This document shows, piece after piece, positions 26,794 through 40,618 of a stretch of 64,000 nt of DNA; position 1 is the stretch's first letter, and each line of letters starts with the position of its first letter. The stretch lies in assembly GCF_009914755.1 (NCBI RefSeq), contig NC_060936.1, one strand, 5' to 3'. Both the position numbers and the translations under genes were made by a program. The stretch is from the human T2T-CHM13v2.0 reference genome, Homo sapiens. The notes under the pieces are model-generated. The model was not told the origin of the DNA. It worked only from the letters and a program-made list of their open reading frames with translations, and searched no databases.

Positions 26794-29219
26794 CAGAGAC
26801 ACTTATTTTCCCAAAGTCCAACATATTTTATGTCTTCATTCATTTTCCTGATGTCTCAAACCAGGGGTTGAGGCAACATATTTAGGGAAGCTAGGCCCAG
26901 GTCAGTGTGGTTAAAAGAGGAGCGTCAGATAGTTCTTTGGGAACCTGACTGATACGAGCAAGGTACCCCAAACCCAATTTCCACCTTCTTCTTAATTGCA
27001 GGAGTTTGTAAGCCTCTTTCTCCTTGATTCAGAGAACCCTGGGTAGAGGGAAGGGTCCTTCTTGCGTAATCCGGTGTGATTTTTCTGGTGAATCACATAC
27101 AGAATACGGATATGTTTAACTCCCAACTGGCCATTAAACACATGTGGTCATTTGCGGTAGCTCTGAAAGGCATCTCAACTCCCATTTTTAAATTAAGGGA
27201 TGAACATTCACTAAACATGATAAAAGGGGGTTTCTGAACGCAGAGGCAGCCATCCTAGCAAGGATGGCTTTAGTTTTCAAACTCTCCTTTAATTTTAACC
27301 CACACAACTCTTTTGCTGCACAAATCTGTTAAACAGATTTTAGAATGAGATCTTTTCATTCTCCAGAGTTTGGGAAGAGTCTTAAATTTATCTGAATTTA
27401 TCTTTTATTAATAATTTATTCTGATGGTTATAGTAATATATGTTCACTGTCAAAAAATGTTAAAATATAGAAAAGTGCAGAAAAAATGACGGGAAAACTA
27501 TCAAACTCTGCAAAAATGACATTACCTTTGATCTGTGAAATAAAGCATAAAATCAGACACACAAGGAGGGGAGATATATCATCAATTTTTAAAGTTTAAG
27601 TTTTAAAATATATATCCATCACTCTTTTAGTGCATTCTTTTTCTAATACTTAGCAAATGAAACATTTGTGTGTAATCTAAAATTGGATTTTATTAACTTA
27701 CTTCAAAGCCACCCTCCATGAAACTTAGAATACTTTATTCACAAGGAACAATAGTTCCATAAAATTCTTAATAGAGTGGAGTTTTATCTGCTAGAAATAG
27801 AAAAAGCAATTTAAGCTAGCTTAATTGAAATGGAAAATTATGACTTTACCTAACTGGAAGTCCTGGCATAGATCAGCCTTCAGGAATGACTTGATCCAGG
27901 GACCCTACCTGGCAAGTGCCTGGCTTCTACTCTTTTCTGTATATCAAACTTGCTGTCAGGCTGAAGTGACATGGGTTCAGCAGGACCAGTCACCTTTGCT
28001 TGACAGCAACCAAGGGAAGGAAGTACAGGAGTACTTCTGGAAGCTCACATAGAAGAAAGAAAAATCTTTTCTAGTAGCCATCTATGAGCCTCTCCTCTTC
28101 TCTCATTGGCCAGAGTTGGATCACATCCCCTATCCAGGACCAACCCCTCATAAAGGCTGGGGTTCTAAGGCCAAAGGAGCTTAGCCTTGGCTACAAGGGT
28201 GGGGCCTTGGAAAAGGAGTGGAAACCTGAAAAAACAACAGCAGCTGGAGTTCTGTTTGGCAGGAATAAATGAAAAATGGATGTCAGCAAGCAACCAAGTG
28301 CCTTCTCAATTCTGTAAGAGTGGTCTGTATCTGACAGCTCATCAGAATTCCACTGGGCACATTCAAGAGTGAAGGGAATTTGAAAGGCAGGGGAAAATCA
28401 CTGAGCTGGGAGTAACTCACTGTGCATTTAATAAAATCTAAGCAGAAATCTCTGACAGCGTAGCTTGGTATGACGGACGGCTGGCTGTGGACAGCTTTTG
28501 ACTTTACTGATCTCATCTATCTTTCTAACTGAGGACTAAACCAGAAGCTAAAAATGCATTCACGCTGCATAAAATGTATCTGCTAAAACACTGTTATCCT
28601 GAGTTTGGTTCTAAATCTCAGAGGGCTTTTCAAAAAGCATCTTAAAATCTTAAGTGCAAGTGACACACAAGGACCCACCCTGTCAATTTCATATTCCCAT
28701 CGCCCCTTAGACCACTCTACATTTTTCTTCCACAAATAAATGAATTACCAGACACTTGAAACGCGTTCTTACGCCCTGCCAAGCCTCTTCCTCAACAAGA
28801 CACCTGGTGGCATCTCCAGCTGGAAGTCCAGTGATTAACCTGAGCATGAGAAGGCTAAATTGGTTCAAATACCAAATGGAAGAATAGATCAAAGGATTGC
28901 CTGAAAGTCAATGGGGTTGAATTTCTAGATCAAAGGTTAATAGCAAAAGGTTTAGGATTCTTCTACAATTATTAAGCTGTTCAAAGGAATGGCCCAGTCA
29001 GACTTCATAGGGAATCAAGTATGAAAACGGTGACTCATCATTGAGACTATACTGGGAGCTTTCATTTCTAATGCTAACATCCTTTGAAGGGATAAACAAA
29101 TATGCCCTACTGCAGCAGGGCTTTATTTAAGTGCAATTATTTTTTCAGTGATGCTTATTTAAATCTTGAGCCGGGTTGGCCATTTCAAGCCAGTAGTCAA
29201 GTCATCCCAAATGTACATT

Positions 29220-29760
29220 GACTAGAAGTGGGTTCACAGGTACTCTCATCTCTTCTCTGTGTTACTGTAATAACCTCACCCTCTCCACCAACCCAGCAGC
29301 TAGAGCGATCCTTTTGAAATGTAAGTCAGCTTGCATCATTCTTCCATCTAAAATCCTGCAGTGGTTTTCCGTTTCAATTATATACAAAAGCCAAAAACCT
29401 TCCTACACCTGCTGGGCTCTACATAACCTGGCTTCCCAGCCTCCTCTGCTGCTACATTTTCCCCTCGCTCACTCCATCTCTACCACACCAGCCTCCCTGC
29501 TGTTCCTATACAAGTCAGGCAGTCCCAGTCCCAGGGCCCTTGCACCTCTCTCTGTGCCCTCTTCCTCTTCTCCCAGGTGCCCACGTGGCTAACTCCCCCA
29601 CCCTTCAGGTCTTTGGTCATATTCCATCCGACGCCACCCTGACCACCTTTTACAACTTCTCAGATGTCCCCTTCCTCCTTATTTTATTTCCCCAGTCTTT
29701 TTAGCACTGTGTTTTTTTTTCCCAAAGCATTTCTCATTTAGATGCGCCAAATCTTTTACT
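29220..29760 (+). mobile_element. L2 relic
   Basis: cagcagctagagcgatccttttgaaatgtaagtcag...ccagcctccctgctgttcct...ccagggcccttgcacct. Confidence 0.7.
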
Positions 29761-29839
29761 TTTTTCTAACATTTTAAAAATTGGGGTGAGATTTACATAA
29801 CATACAATTAACTATTTTAGAGTTAACATTTCGCCAGCA

Positions 29840-30770
29840 ACAATGGTATAACAAATGGCCAAAAAGCCCATGAAAGGGCATTCAGCATTCTTAGCCATCA
29901 GGGAGATGCAAAGGAAATAGGGTATATACATACAATGGAATATTATTCAGCCTGAAAAAAGGAAGGGAATTCTACCACTTGCAACAGCGTGGATAGACCT
30001 CAAAGACATTACGCTAAGTGAAATAAGCCAGTTGCAGAAGGACAAATACTGTAACACTCCTTTTATATAAGGCCTCTAAACAGTGGCAGTTAACAGGGGA
30101 TGTAAGAGGGGGATGTGGGGAGTTGTGGTTCAATGGGGTTCAAGTTCACTGATATACAAGATGCATTAGTTCCAGAGATCTGCTTTGCAACCCTGAGCCT
30201 ACAGTTAATAAGGTACTCTGCACTTAAATTGTGTTAAGAGGGTAGACTCAATTTAAGTGTTCTTACCACACACACACAGAACAACAAGGAAACCCAAGAA
30301 AACTTTTGGAGGTGAAGAGTGTGTTTATTACCTTGATCACAGTGATAACATGAATGTGTACATATGTCCAAACTCAAACTGTATAAATTAATTATGTACA
30401 GTTTTTGGTATCCAATTATACCACCATAAAGCAGCAGGGGGAAGGAAATGTAAGTCAAAACCACAATGAAATATTACTTCCTGCCCTTTATGATGCCTAT
30501 AATTTTATTTTTATTTATTTTTTTGAGAACTCTGTCACCCAGGCTAGAGTGCATGGTGTGATCATGGCTCACTGCAGCCTTGACCTCCCAAGTTCAGATG
30601 CCTATTATTTAAAATAATTTTTTTAAAAAATGGAAAGTTACAAATGTTGTCAAGGATGTGGAGAAATTGGAACTCAACCCTTGCTGGTAGGGATGTAAAA
30701 TGGGAAACAGGGTATGGAGGATTTTAAACACAGAGTCAGCTATGACCCAGCACTTCCACTCTCAAACTAG
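29840..30770 (+). mobile_element. Nested L1M fragments (L1MB-like 3' end ~29915-30435 inside an older L1 ORF2 piece), with a truncated antisense AluJ arm at ~30503-30596
   Basis: catacaatggaatattattcagcc...gctaagtgaaataagccag; older L1 resumes at caaaaccacaatgaaata; Alu flanked by gatgcctat on both sides. Confidence 0.7.
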
Positions 30771-31546
30771 GTATCATATCATTGTCAGCTGTCTCTCCCC
30801 AATGGATCATGAGTTCCATGCATCAATGATGTTGTTTCATTTGATGCTGGATCCTAGCACCTACGGTAGTGCCTGGAAAAGAGGTGGGCTCAAACTATGT
30901 GTCAATTAAGTGGATACACATGTGGTTGCTTCCTTATTCTCAGAAAAGAACTAAGCCATTCCCCATTTTATCACTATTTCTAGGATAACCATGAGCTCCC
31001 TTAACTCCGAGATTCCTGCTAGTATCCCAACTACAAAGCCCACTCCTTGTCCCCTCTTTTTAAAATTATTTTGTAGCTCAGTAACATGTTTGGGGTCTTT
31101 CTTTGTAGATCTTTTTATTTATTACCATCACATTTGTTCACACAGCAGCACAAAGGGTGATATGAAAAACACTGTTAACGAAATAAATAGAAAGCAGTGA
31201 TTTCAGGGCTGTTGCCACACAGCATCCCAATTTTGCTGGAGATGGAAGAGGGAAGAGCCAATTTATTGCCATATTCCATTGTCTTTAAAATAATATTGTT
31301 TCTACTCCCAAAAATGAATGGTGAGAATGTGAAAACCTGTATCAGAGATGATGCATTTTCTTCCTAGCAGGCTTGTCAAGTATCAGTTCCTAACGAGAAC
31401 TATGCGATGGAACTTGTCATTGATAAAGAGGGTCAAATCTGTAATCTGCCTGCCCAAGGTCAAAGGCTGTAATCTGCCAGCCCATAGGCTGAATTCATTT
31501 TGCTCAGTCTGCATAGTGTTTAACTTTTTAAATTTGTTGCCAATTT

Positions 31547-31585
31547 ATACACACATGCACACACACACACACACACACACACTCA
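31547..31585. repeat. (CA)n microsatellite
   Basis: Read directly. Confidence 0.95.
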
Positions 31586-31702
31586 CTCAACAGTCCTAGC
31601 TTCTAAAACATAGCAGGTGTTTGGGCAATTCTGGGCCCCACTTCCTGTAAGGCAATAATAGAGAAAGTGGAGCTGCTATTGCCCCTCTAGACAAGAGGTG
31701 CA

Positions 31703-32218
31703 AGGTGGCTTGAAAAATATGTCCACAAATTACCTGATGCTCTATCTTTAAGGAGGCGGAGATTAACTTGATTATGGGCTAAACTTAGTGGCTCACTTCT
31801 AACAGAATAGAGAAGCTGTGATACGTCGCTTCTGAGGTTAGGTTATAAAAGACACAGTGGTCCCTCTCTCATGAGTTGTTCTAGAAGCAGCAAGCTACCA
31901 TTTTATGAACAGCCTATGGAGAGGTCCATGAGCTGAGGGTCAAAGCCTCCAGCCAATGACCAGCAAGGAGCTGAACCTGCCAGCAACCGCACCAGACAAG
32001 TTGGAAGTGATCCATCACCAGCTTCAGCTGAGCCTCCGGACTCTGCAGCCCCAGCCGACAGCTTGACTGCACATCTCGTGAGAAGCTGAAGCCAGACCAG
32101 GCAGCCAGGCTGCTTCTAGGATCCTGACCCTCAGAAATGGTGAGATAACCAGAGTTTGTTCTTTTAAAATTGCTAAGTTTGGGGATAATTTGTTACACAG
32201 CACTTGATAACTGATACA
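31703..32218 (+). mobile_element. MLT1F/G-type MaLR LTR
   Basis: cttagtggctcacttctaacagaataga...ttctgaggttaggttataaaaga...cagccgacagcttgactgca...taatttgttacacagca...aactgataca. Confidence 0.8.
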
Positions 32219-34887
32219 ACACAATAACTAAGCAATACCATGCTGCTCAATGTCTCCTAGGGCTGCATTAAGGGATTATCACTCCAGCCTTCATGTTTTT
32301 CAGCTCCCTTTAATGGGCAGAGGGCAGCTGTGCCTACAGCTTCGATGGTTAGGGTGGGCTTAAATGCACAGGAAAGAGGGGAGTAGGAAATGCTTTCAAA
32401 GGCAGAGTCAGAAGAAAGGCATAGCGAAGATGAAAGAGGTGAAGGAAGTTGGTATAAAAAGCTCTGACCAGACCAAACTCAGGGAAAGTCAAATACAAAA
32501 TACAGCCAGGGAAAATTAAAATTCTTTATAAGCAAGGAAGCTTTTGAGATGTCCAGATGGGTGAAATCTTTATAAGTATTCACATAATCATCATCTATGG
32601 ATTCAGAAGAAGCAACCGTGGATTAAAGACACAGAACATGTTTGCAGGCCCCAGGTTTCCGCATGGTCTGGCAGCTGGCGTATGCACCACAAGAAGGCAG
32701 AGTCCCTTGTCCCACCACAAACTGATTACTAGAAAGGCTGATGCTTATTAGTTTGCATATGTTCTGAAAAATGCGAGTTCATGACATCACCATGTTAGGA
32801 TTGCGCTCATGTGCACTCTGATGTACTTTCCAGCCTGGAGCGTGTCTTGCCTCCTCTGGAACCCACCCTTCTATCCCCCACTCTGCCTGAAGGGACACTA
32901 GAGGGAGACAGAACGGGGGAGAGGGAGGAGGGAGGGTCCCTGAGGGTCTTTGTCCAGTTGCCCCCCACATAACTGGGCATCGGCACGTCCCTGGGAAGGG
33001 GCAGCAGGTTCCTACTTGCCATTTTCCCACATTTGCAGGCTCAGCATCACATATCCCCCTGGGCATAGCAGCCACAGCGGCCAACACCCCTTTCAGGGGT
33101 CTGGGTCCCCTCCACCCTGCCTCTAAGTCTTAATCATCCCACCTCTTCCCCCTGGTCCTCCAGCCTTGCAGGGGGAGCCACTCGGCATCGCCTTTCTAGG
33201 TCTCTATTACCTAGCCTGCAGTTCTTCATAGGGAATTCTCTCTGTGGAAATAATTAGCATGGGCTCTGTCTCCTGACTCTGCCTCACCTGATACACCTGT
33301 GCCTTTCAGTGCACCTTGGCCTGTCTTACCTATGCCTTGGAGCCATCCCACGAACATCACCTGCCATGCACCAATTAAAAAAAAAGGCCCGTGGTCCCAG
33401 GACCATTATATATGATGTTTCCTCCAAAAGATAGCCTGCTGATTGGAAATCTAACATCAGGTGTCCCTCCATTCCAGATTAGTTAAGGTTCTCTCCATTG
33501 TCAGCAACAGAAACGGCCTTTGGCTGTCTTAAGGTAGGATGTAAATTTATAGAAGAAGGCAGGGTTTCTCATAACTTCTAAAGCAAAGCTCAACCAACCA
33601 ACCCTGCAAGAGGGGAGACCCAGGATATCTCAGGGGACTCAGCACGGGGGTGTGGGGGTTTGAGAACTTTCTCTTCTGTGGCTGTTTCTCATGTGCTTCA
33701 GCTCCCCAGACAACTAACTCCTCTGCCTCCTGTGCAAGCCTTAAGTTCCCAGGAATCCAGATCTAACAGTCTGGCTGGATCAGTGGTAACCCTAAGTCAG
33801 CTCCTATGCATGGACAGAGTTCTCTGGTATCCACACAGGCCCTGGGGCCAGTCCCAGAGAGCCGTGAGCAGACATTCAGCCTTTTGATCCTGACTTCTAA
33901 TTTCGGGTTGACAATGACGTGCTCCCCTCTGGGAAACCCAGAAGCAATGGAGAGACAAGCTCTGCCGCTCAGGAGACTCCAGTGGCAATGAAAGTCTCTG
34001 CCAGATGAACAGCCCCTTTGCCAACTTGATCTGTGCGCTTCTTCCCAAGTGCTCAGAGCTAAATGCTTTGCTTTGAGACATCTGTTGAAAACACTTCCAG
34101 GTCCCCAATCCCACAGTCATGTTTCTTACGTAAATGATTTGATACACGCTATTTCACAAACTCTTTTTTTCCAGCCAGCTCCTGTGAGGTGGGCAGAATT
34201 ATTTGAGTGCCAAGAGGGCATCTGCTGAGTAGGAAAGCTATTTCTGGATCCCAGGGCATTATCCAATGGAAAAAAACCCGAATTCCTAGAGTTGATTTCT
34301 AAAATGCCACGTGCCCTCCTCACACAGCCATTGTAACTATTGGAGCTGTGTGTTAGTGACAGGGCACCTATCTGACATCTACTGCCTTGGAGACCCCCCA
34401 CCGAGAAGCTGGAGCAGACAGGACATCCTCATGTATTTTATGACTGTCTTCAGTTCCGTGTATAAAACCTTATTCTCATAGGATCACATGAAGCAGACTG
34501 GGAACACCTACTAGACAGTCCACACACTGCTAGTCCAGGACATGTCAGCTCCCTGGGCCCTGGGACAGCCTCATCCGGCTCTAAGTGAACCGTGTCACCA
34601 CATGAACAGCATGACCTCGGTCACGACCTGAACGGCAGGCATCGGACTCATGAAGAAACATCAGGAGGCAGCTTCCAGAGAAGAGAAAGCCTTGTTAGCT
34701 TAAAGAGCAAAGCGTCCCCCTCCAGCCATCTCACTAACAGAATCCCAGGCTCCTTCTTCTCACGCCCAGTTCTTCTCCAAAAACTCACCGCACTCCAGTG
34801 ACCCTTGAGAAAGCTGGGGCTGAGCCACGCAACCTAAAACCAGCTGTCCCCAACTGGAACAAATACCTGTCTACATAAACTGACATG

Positions 34888-35264
34888 CGCTATGGTTTGG
34901 ATCTGCGTCCCCACCACATCTCATGTTGAATTGCAAGCCCCAGGGTTGCAGGTGCAGCCTGGTGGGAAGTGATTGGATCATGGTTTATACCATAGCTTTG
35001 GAGCTATTCTCCTGATAGTGGGTTCTCACGAGATCTGGCCATTTAAAAGCGTGCAGCCCCTCCCTCTTCTCTCTCGCTCCTGCACTCACTGTGCAAGACG
35101 CCTGTTCCCTCTTCACCTTCCGCCATGACTGAGCGTTTCCTGAGGCCTCCCCAGCCATGCTTCCTGTACACCCTGCAGAACCATGAGCCCATTAAACCTG
35201 TTTTCTTTATAAACTACCCAGTCTCAGGTATTTCTTTACAGTAATACGTATATGGCCTGATACA
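34888..35264 (+). mobile_element. MST-type MaLR solo LTR with 5-bp TSD
   Basis: (c)gctatggtttggatctg...ctgataca; TSD acatg at 34883-34887 and 35265-35269. Confidence 0.92.
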
Positions 35265-35523
35265 ACATGACACGGCCAATTATTTGCATTTAAAAGGCAT
35301 CTACTTAATGGTTTATATAAATAATGAACTCATTGGAAACCTACCTTGCTCTGCACACACTCATTTCACACACACCTTTATGAGGAAGGAATGCCATCAT
35401 GTTTGTATGAAAATCACACACCTTGATTATTTCCGAAATACCAAAGCACAGCCCGGATCTGCTTGACAGGAAGATCCACTCTCTTTCCTCTCTCTCTGTG
35501 ATGTATTAAAACCTGGAATTTTA

Positions 35524-35960
<437 letters not shown>

Positions 35961-36734
35961 CTAGACTGCCTGCGCGACACCTGCTCTGTGTGGCTGTGGA
36001 CGAGTCGTCTAGACTGCCTGCTCTCTGCACTGTGGAGGAGTCGTCTAGTCTGCCTGCTCCCCACCCTCTGTGGAGCAGTGACTCTAGCAGTTCCCACCAC
36101 ACACAGTCATACAGGACTCTGACCCAATGAGAACAGTGTTAAGCGCAACATCAGTTCCTTCTTATGCACTTTCATGAACATGATGATGACTGGGAATAAT
36201 CAACAAGGTCACAGAATAAAAATAACTGCAGCAATTAGAGTGGGCAGGTGCTTTTCTTTAAGCAGGTGGATAAAGGAGAAATTAACTCCACAAGTGCTTA
36301 CTGAAGGCCTGCTACGCATTGGGGGATGTCGCTGGTGCCAGGAACACAAAGATGGGGAAGAAACAGGCAAAGGCCCTGCCCTCATGGAGCTTAGAACTGA
36401 ATTTATGGCAGGAACTGAGAAAAAAATGTCACGAGAAAAAACGTGCTGCGGTCATTGTTTTGGCACTTGAGGGAAGGGGCTAATCCATGGCGGGAAGAGG
36501 GCTGAGTTCCGGAAGGAGGAGGAAAGAGAGATATAGGCTTTACTGGGTCTGCATCATAAAGGGAGAAAGACTGGGGGGTTACTAGAGATGGGGGGGAGAG
36601 AAGTAGCTCAGCCAGGGGAGGGGAAGTGGGAGGCCATGACGGAAAACAGCCATGCATGGGTCCCCGCAAGGGGAACCACCCTGGCAGGTCTAGGAACTGC
36701 AACTCCCTGACACTAGATGTTTAGTGGTTTTTGA

Positions 36735-37298
<564 letters not shown>

Positions 37299-38771
37299 TA
37301 GAGCCCCCTCCACCCTGAGCACCGTCCCTGGCTGCACTCAGATGGTCGGCCTGTCCCGGCGCCCTCGGTCACCTCTACCCCTTCGCTGCTCCTGCACAGC
37401 TGCATCCATGCCAGCCTTAGCCATTGGTGTATCTACTGTTTGTCTCCCAGCTAGCAGGTGCTCTGAGAGCAGACTCACTTCAGTTCCCTGCTCCACCCCC
37501 AGTGCGTGAAACAGCATGGCCAGGAGTTATGAGGAAGGCCGGGGATGAAGGAAACTTAGCACGGGTGACAGGGACAAAGCGGCCGGAAAACCCACAGACG
37601 TGTTAGGAGGAGGGGCCTCCCACTGCACGCACCACGGAGGTCCCAGCTACTTGGACACATCAGCAAAAGATGCCTTTGAAGACCCAGGCGCTCCTGAGTC
37701 CCAAATGCACTCACAGTAACCCCAAACATGGAATCACCCCCGCAACCAGCAGTCACAAAAAACCCATTGATTTTCCTTCTTCCCGGCTCGCATTAGCATC
37801 AGGTATAGAAGGGACCTTCCTTGGACACTCGGCTCCCTGGGCCTGACGGTGGACTCATCCTTTACAAGGCGGCTGGAGACGACCTGATTCTTCCATCCCT
37901 TTCCCCTGTGTGCAGGTTTTACTGGGCTGCGTGAACTTGCTGGATGATTCTAGAAAGCTGACAGGGGCAGGGATGTGACAGCGATTTCCACAGCATGATG
38001 TGCTGTTATAGAAAGCACTGCTACAAAACAGACACAAGAGATGCAAACAGAAGAAGGCAGCTTATGCTCATTCGAGTTAATTAATCCAGAGGCTGTGCAG
38101 GGACTCACAGGGTTTCTCGGTGGAGAAGGGGCACTGCTCTGGGGAACGCTGGCACACAGCCAGCGCGTGTGCAGCAGGACGACCTGTATGCACTGTCACC
38201 ACGGGACGGGGCCAGAGGGATGCACCCACCAACTCAGGGGACAGGTGGAGCGAGGCAGGAGCCAGGGTAGGAGCAGGGTCAGGAGGGCTGTGGGAGCTGT
38301 GAGGAGGGACCCAGATTCCGCCACAGGGCATCCTTCCCCCCGGGGGGACAGAGCTGTCCACGGCAGCTGCGAGTGACGAAGCCTTCTTCCCACAGCCACT
38401 GCTGGCTGCAGCCAAGCAGATCCAGTTCAAGTGCCCAGCGCCTGCCCCAAAACGTGGTCAGACCACAAAGCAGACATGGCAGCCTTTGAGAAATCAGTGA
38501 AGCGACACTGCAGGCCCCCTATAGCAATGGCTTCATCCCAAAAAAAGGTATATATGTATTTATTCTATGTATCTATACTTATTCTATATTTATTGCATAC
38601 TTCATATATATTATATTTTTATATTTATATATTGTAAATAACAAAGTAAAAGACTCGGAGCATAGAGACGATGATTGCAAAAATAACTGTTGGATTGCAG
38701 TAGGATCAGAGGTCAATATTTTTAAATGTTCTTTACTGTTAGTATGATACTTTTAAAGACAGATAAGTGTT

Positions 38772-38876
38772 CGCGCGTGTGTGTGTGCGACTGTGTGCGT
38801 GTGAGTGTGTGCGTGGGTGTGTGCGTGGGTGCGTGCGTGGGTGCATGTGGGTGTGCAAGTGTGAGGTGCGTGTGCT
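38772..38876. repeat. Imperfect (TG/CG)n alternating purine-pyrimidine tract
   Basis: cgcgcgtgtgtgtgtgcg...gtgcgtgggtgcgtgcgtgg. Confidence 0.85.
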
Positions 38877-40313
38877 TACTGGAGATATAGACGTGATCAG
38901 AAAGTGAGCTGCATAAATGTATTAGCGATTCTCTGAGCTGGGTCTAATTAGACATTGGTGATGGGTCTGAACAGTCTTTGAAGTTCAGAGATGTGACTCT
39001 AGGACAGGGCAGGGTGGGCTGACCCCCACCTGGGGGGGTGATGGCTGTGTCTGGTCCTCAGTGACAGGGGTAGCCAAGGACATGGGTGCAGGAGTGGGGC
39101 AGGAGGGTGCAAGTGGAGAAACGCAGGAAGCCAAGTCAGCATGACACAGCCGAGCTGCCAAACTTTGGGATGTGGGTCATTTTGAAAGCGCTCTAGGCTG
39201 ATCCAGGCCTGGAGCATGGCTGTCCACGCAGAAATCCCATCCCCAGCAAGTTCCCCCAACATGCTCCCCTCCAGCTCACTTTCCAGCCTCCACCCACATC
39301 CCTGCAGGCACACATGGAATTCAGAAGTGAAGAAGGGAAAGAGTTGCCAATTCTGACGGGAAGGAAAATGGCAAGCAGAGAACTAAGCAGCTGGGTCTGT
39401 CTCCTAGAGTGGGTTTTCACATCGAGGGATTATCACCACGCTAAGGGATGGCACGCGGGGAGGTCAAGCTTACTTTCCCCCCTTCAGAGGGATTTAGAGT
39501 GAAACATAACTAGCAAACAAGGAAATCTAAATGAGAAAAAATTATCAAACAGATCAAAATAAAACCTTGTCATAAACACTATTTTGTTTCTGGCTGGAGC
39601 TAAATAAATGCAAGATGCAGCATTTTGAGAAACAGCAGCAGCTGTCCTGTTGGGGGGGTGGCGGTGGGCGGTGACATCCACAACCCCCATGTTCATCACC
39701 GAGGGGGACACCACACACATGGCGAGCTACCTCCTTCCCTAGGAACTCAGCCTCAAGGAGCTCCTATTCTCCAGTCAGCCTAAGAAAACCCCCCACAACA
39801 GAGTCAAATTCTCATCTCATTCTATTGCCAATGACATGAGAGAATTCTGGGGCAAGTTATTTCCTTTTAAAGAAGTCTGTGGTTGCCATCATTTTATCTT
39901 TTACATAAAAGCTCCCAGTGTGTGTGAGAGACATGGAGATGCATCGCTGAACCTGGTAGGCCGCAGGCAGCTTCCCCTTTCTGGTCTGAGGTCTCACAAG
40001 CTCCAGCCATCTGCAGCACATCAAAGTTCAAACGGCTGGGAGCACAGGAAGACTGAACAGTGGTCCCTGGCTTTTCTCAAGGACTCCAGAGAGGGCATCG
40101 GAAGCCCTGAGCAGCCCCACCGCCCACCCCAGGGCTCACAACCCCTCTGCCACCACCTCCTTGTGCTCTAGGCACTGTGGCCGTCACCCACTGCTTGCCA
40201 AGCCTGGTTCCCTCTGTCCACTCACAGGGAAGACAACTTCCTAGACCCCTTCATTAGCTAGGCCCATGCGGCCAGGTCTCACCCATGCGTTGTGAGCAGA
40301 AGACCTGAGTGCT

Positions 40314-40618
40314 GATGCCCTGTGCCAAGTCCTCCAGAATCACACCACCCACCGCCACCCCCACCCCCAGACGCCCTGTGCCAAGTCCTCCAGAATCACA
40401 CCCCCCACCCCCACCCCCAGACGCCCTGTGCCAAGTCCTCCAGAATCACATCCCCCAACCCCACCCCCAGACGCCCTGTGCCAAGTCCTCCAGAATCACA
40501 CCCCCCACCCCCACCCCCAGACGCCCTGTGCCAAGTCCTCCAGAATCACACCCCCCAACCCCACCCCCAGATGCCCTGTGCCAAGTCCTCCAGAATCACA
40601 CCCCCCACCCCCACCCCC
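40314..40618. repeat. 50-bp C-rich minisatellite, 6 units
   Basis: Unit GACGCCCTGTGCCAAGTCCTCCAGAATCACACCCCCCACCCCCACCCCCA; ccaagt at 40325, 40381, 40431, 40481, 40531 and 40581 (first unit 56 bp). Confidence 0.97.

Noticed and set aside
38353-38372. REST/NRSE-like motif
   Set aside because: Only the GGACAGC half matches; the left half and spacing are non-canonical.
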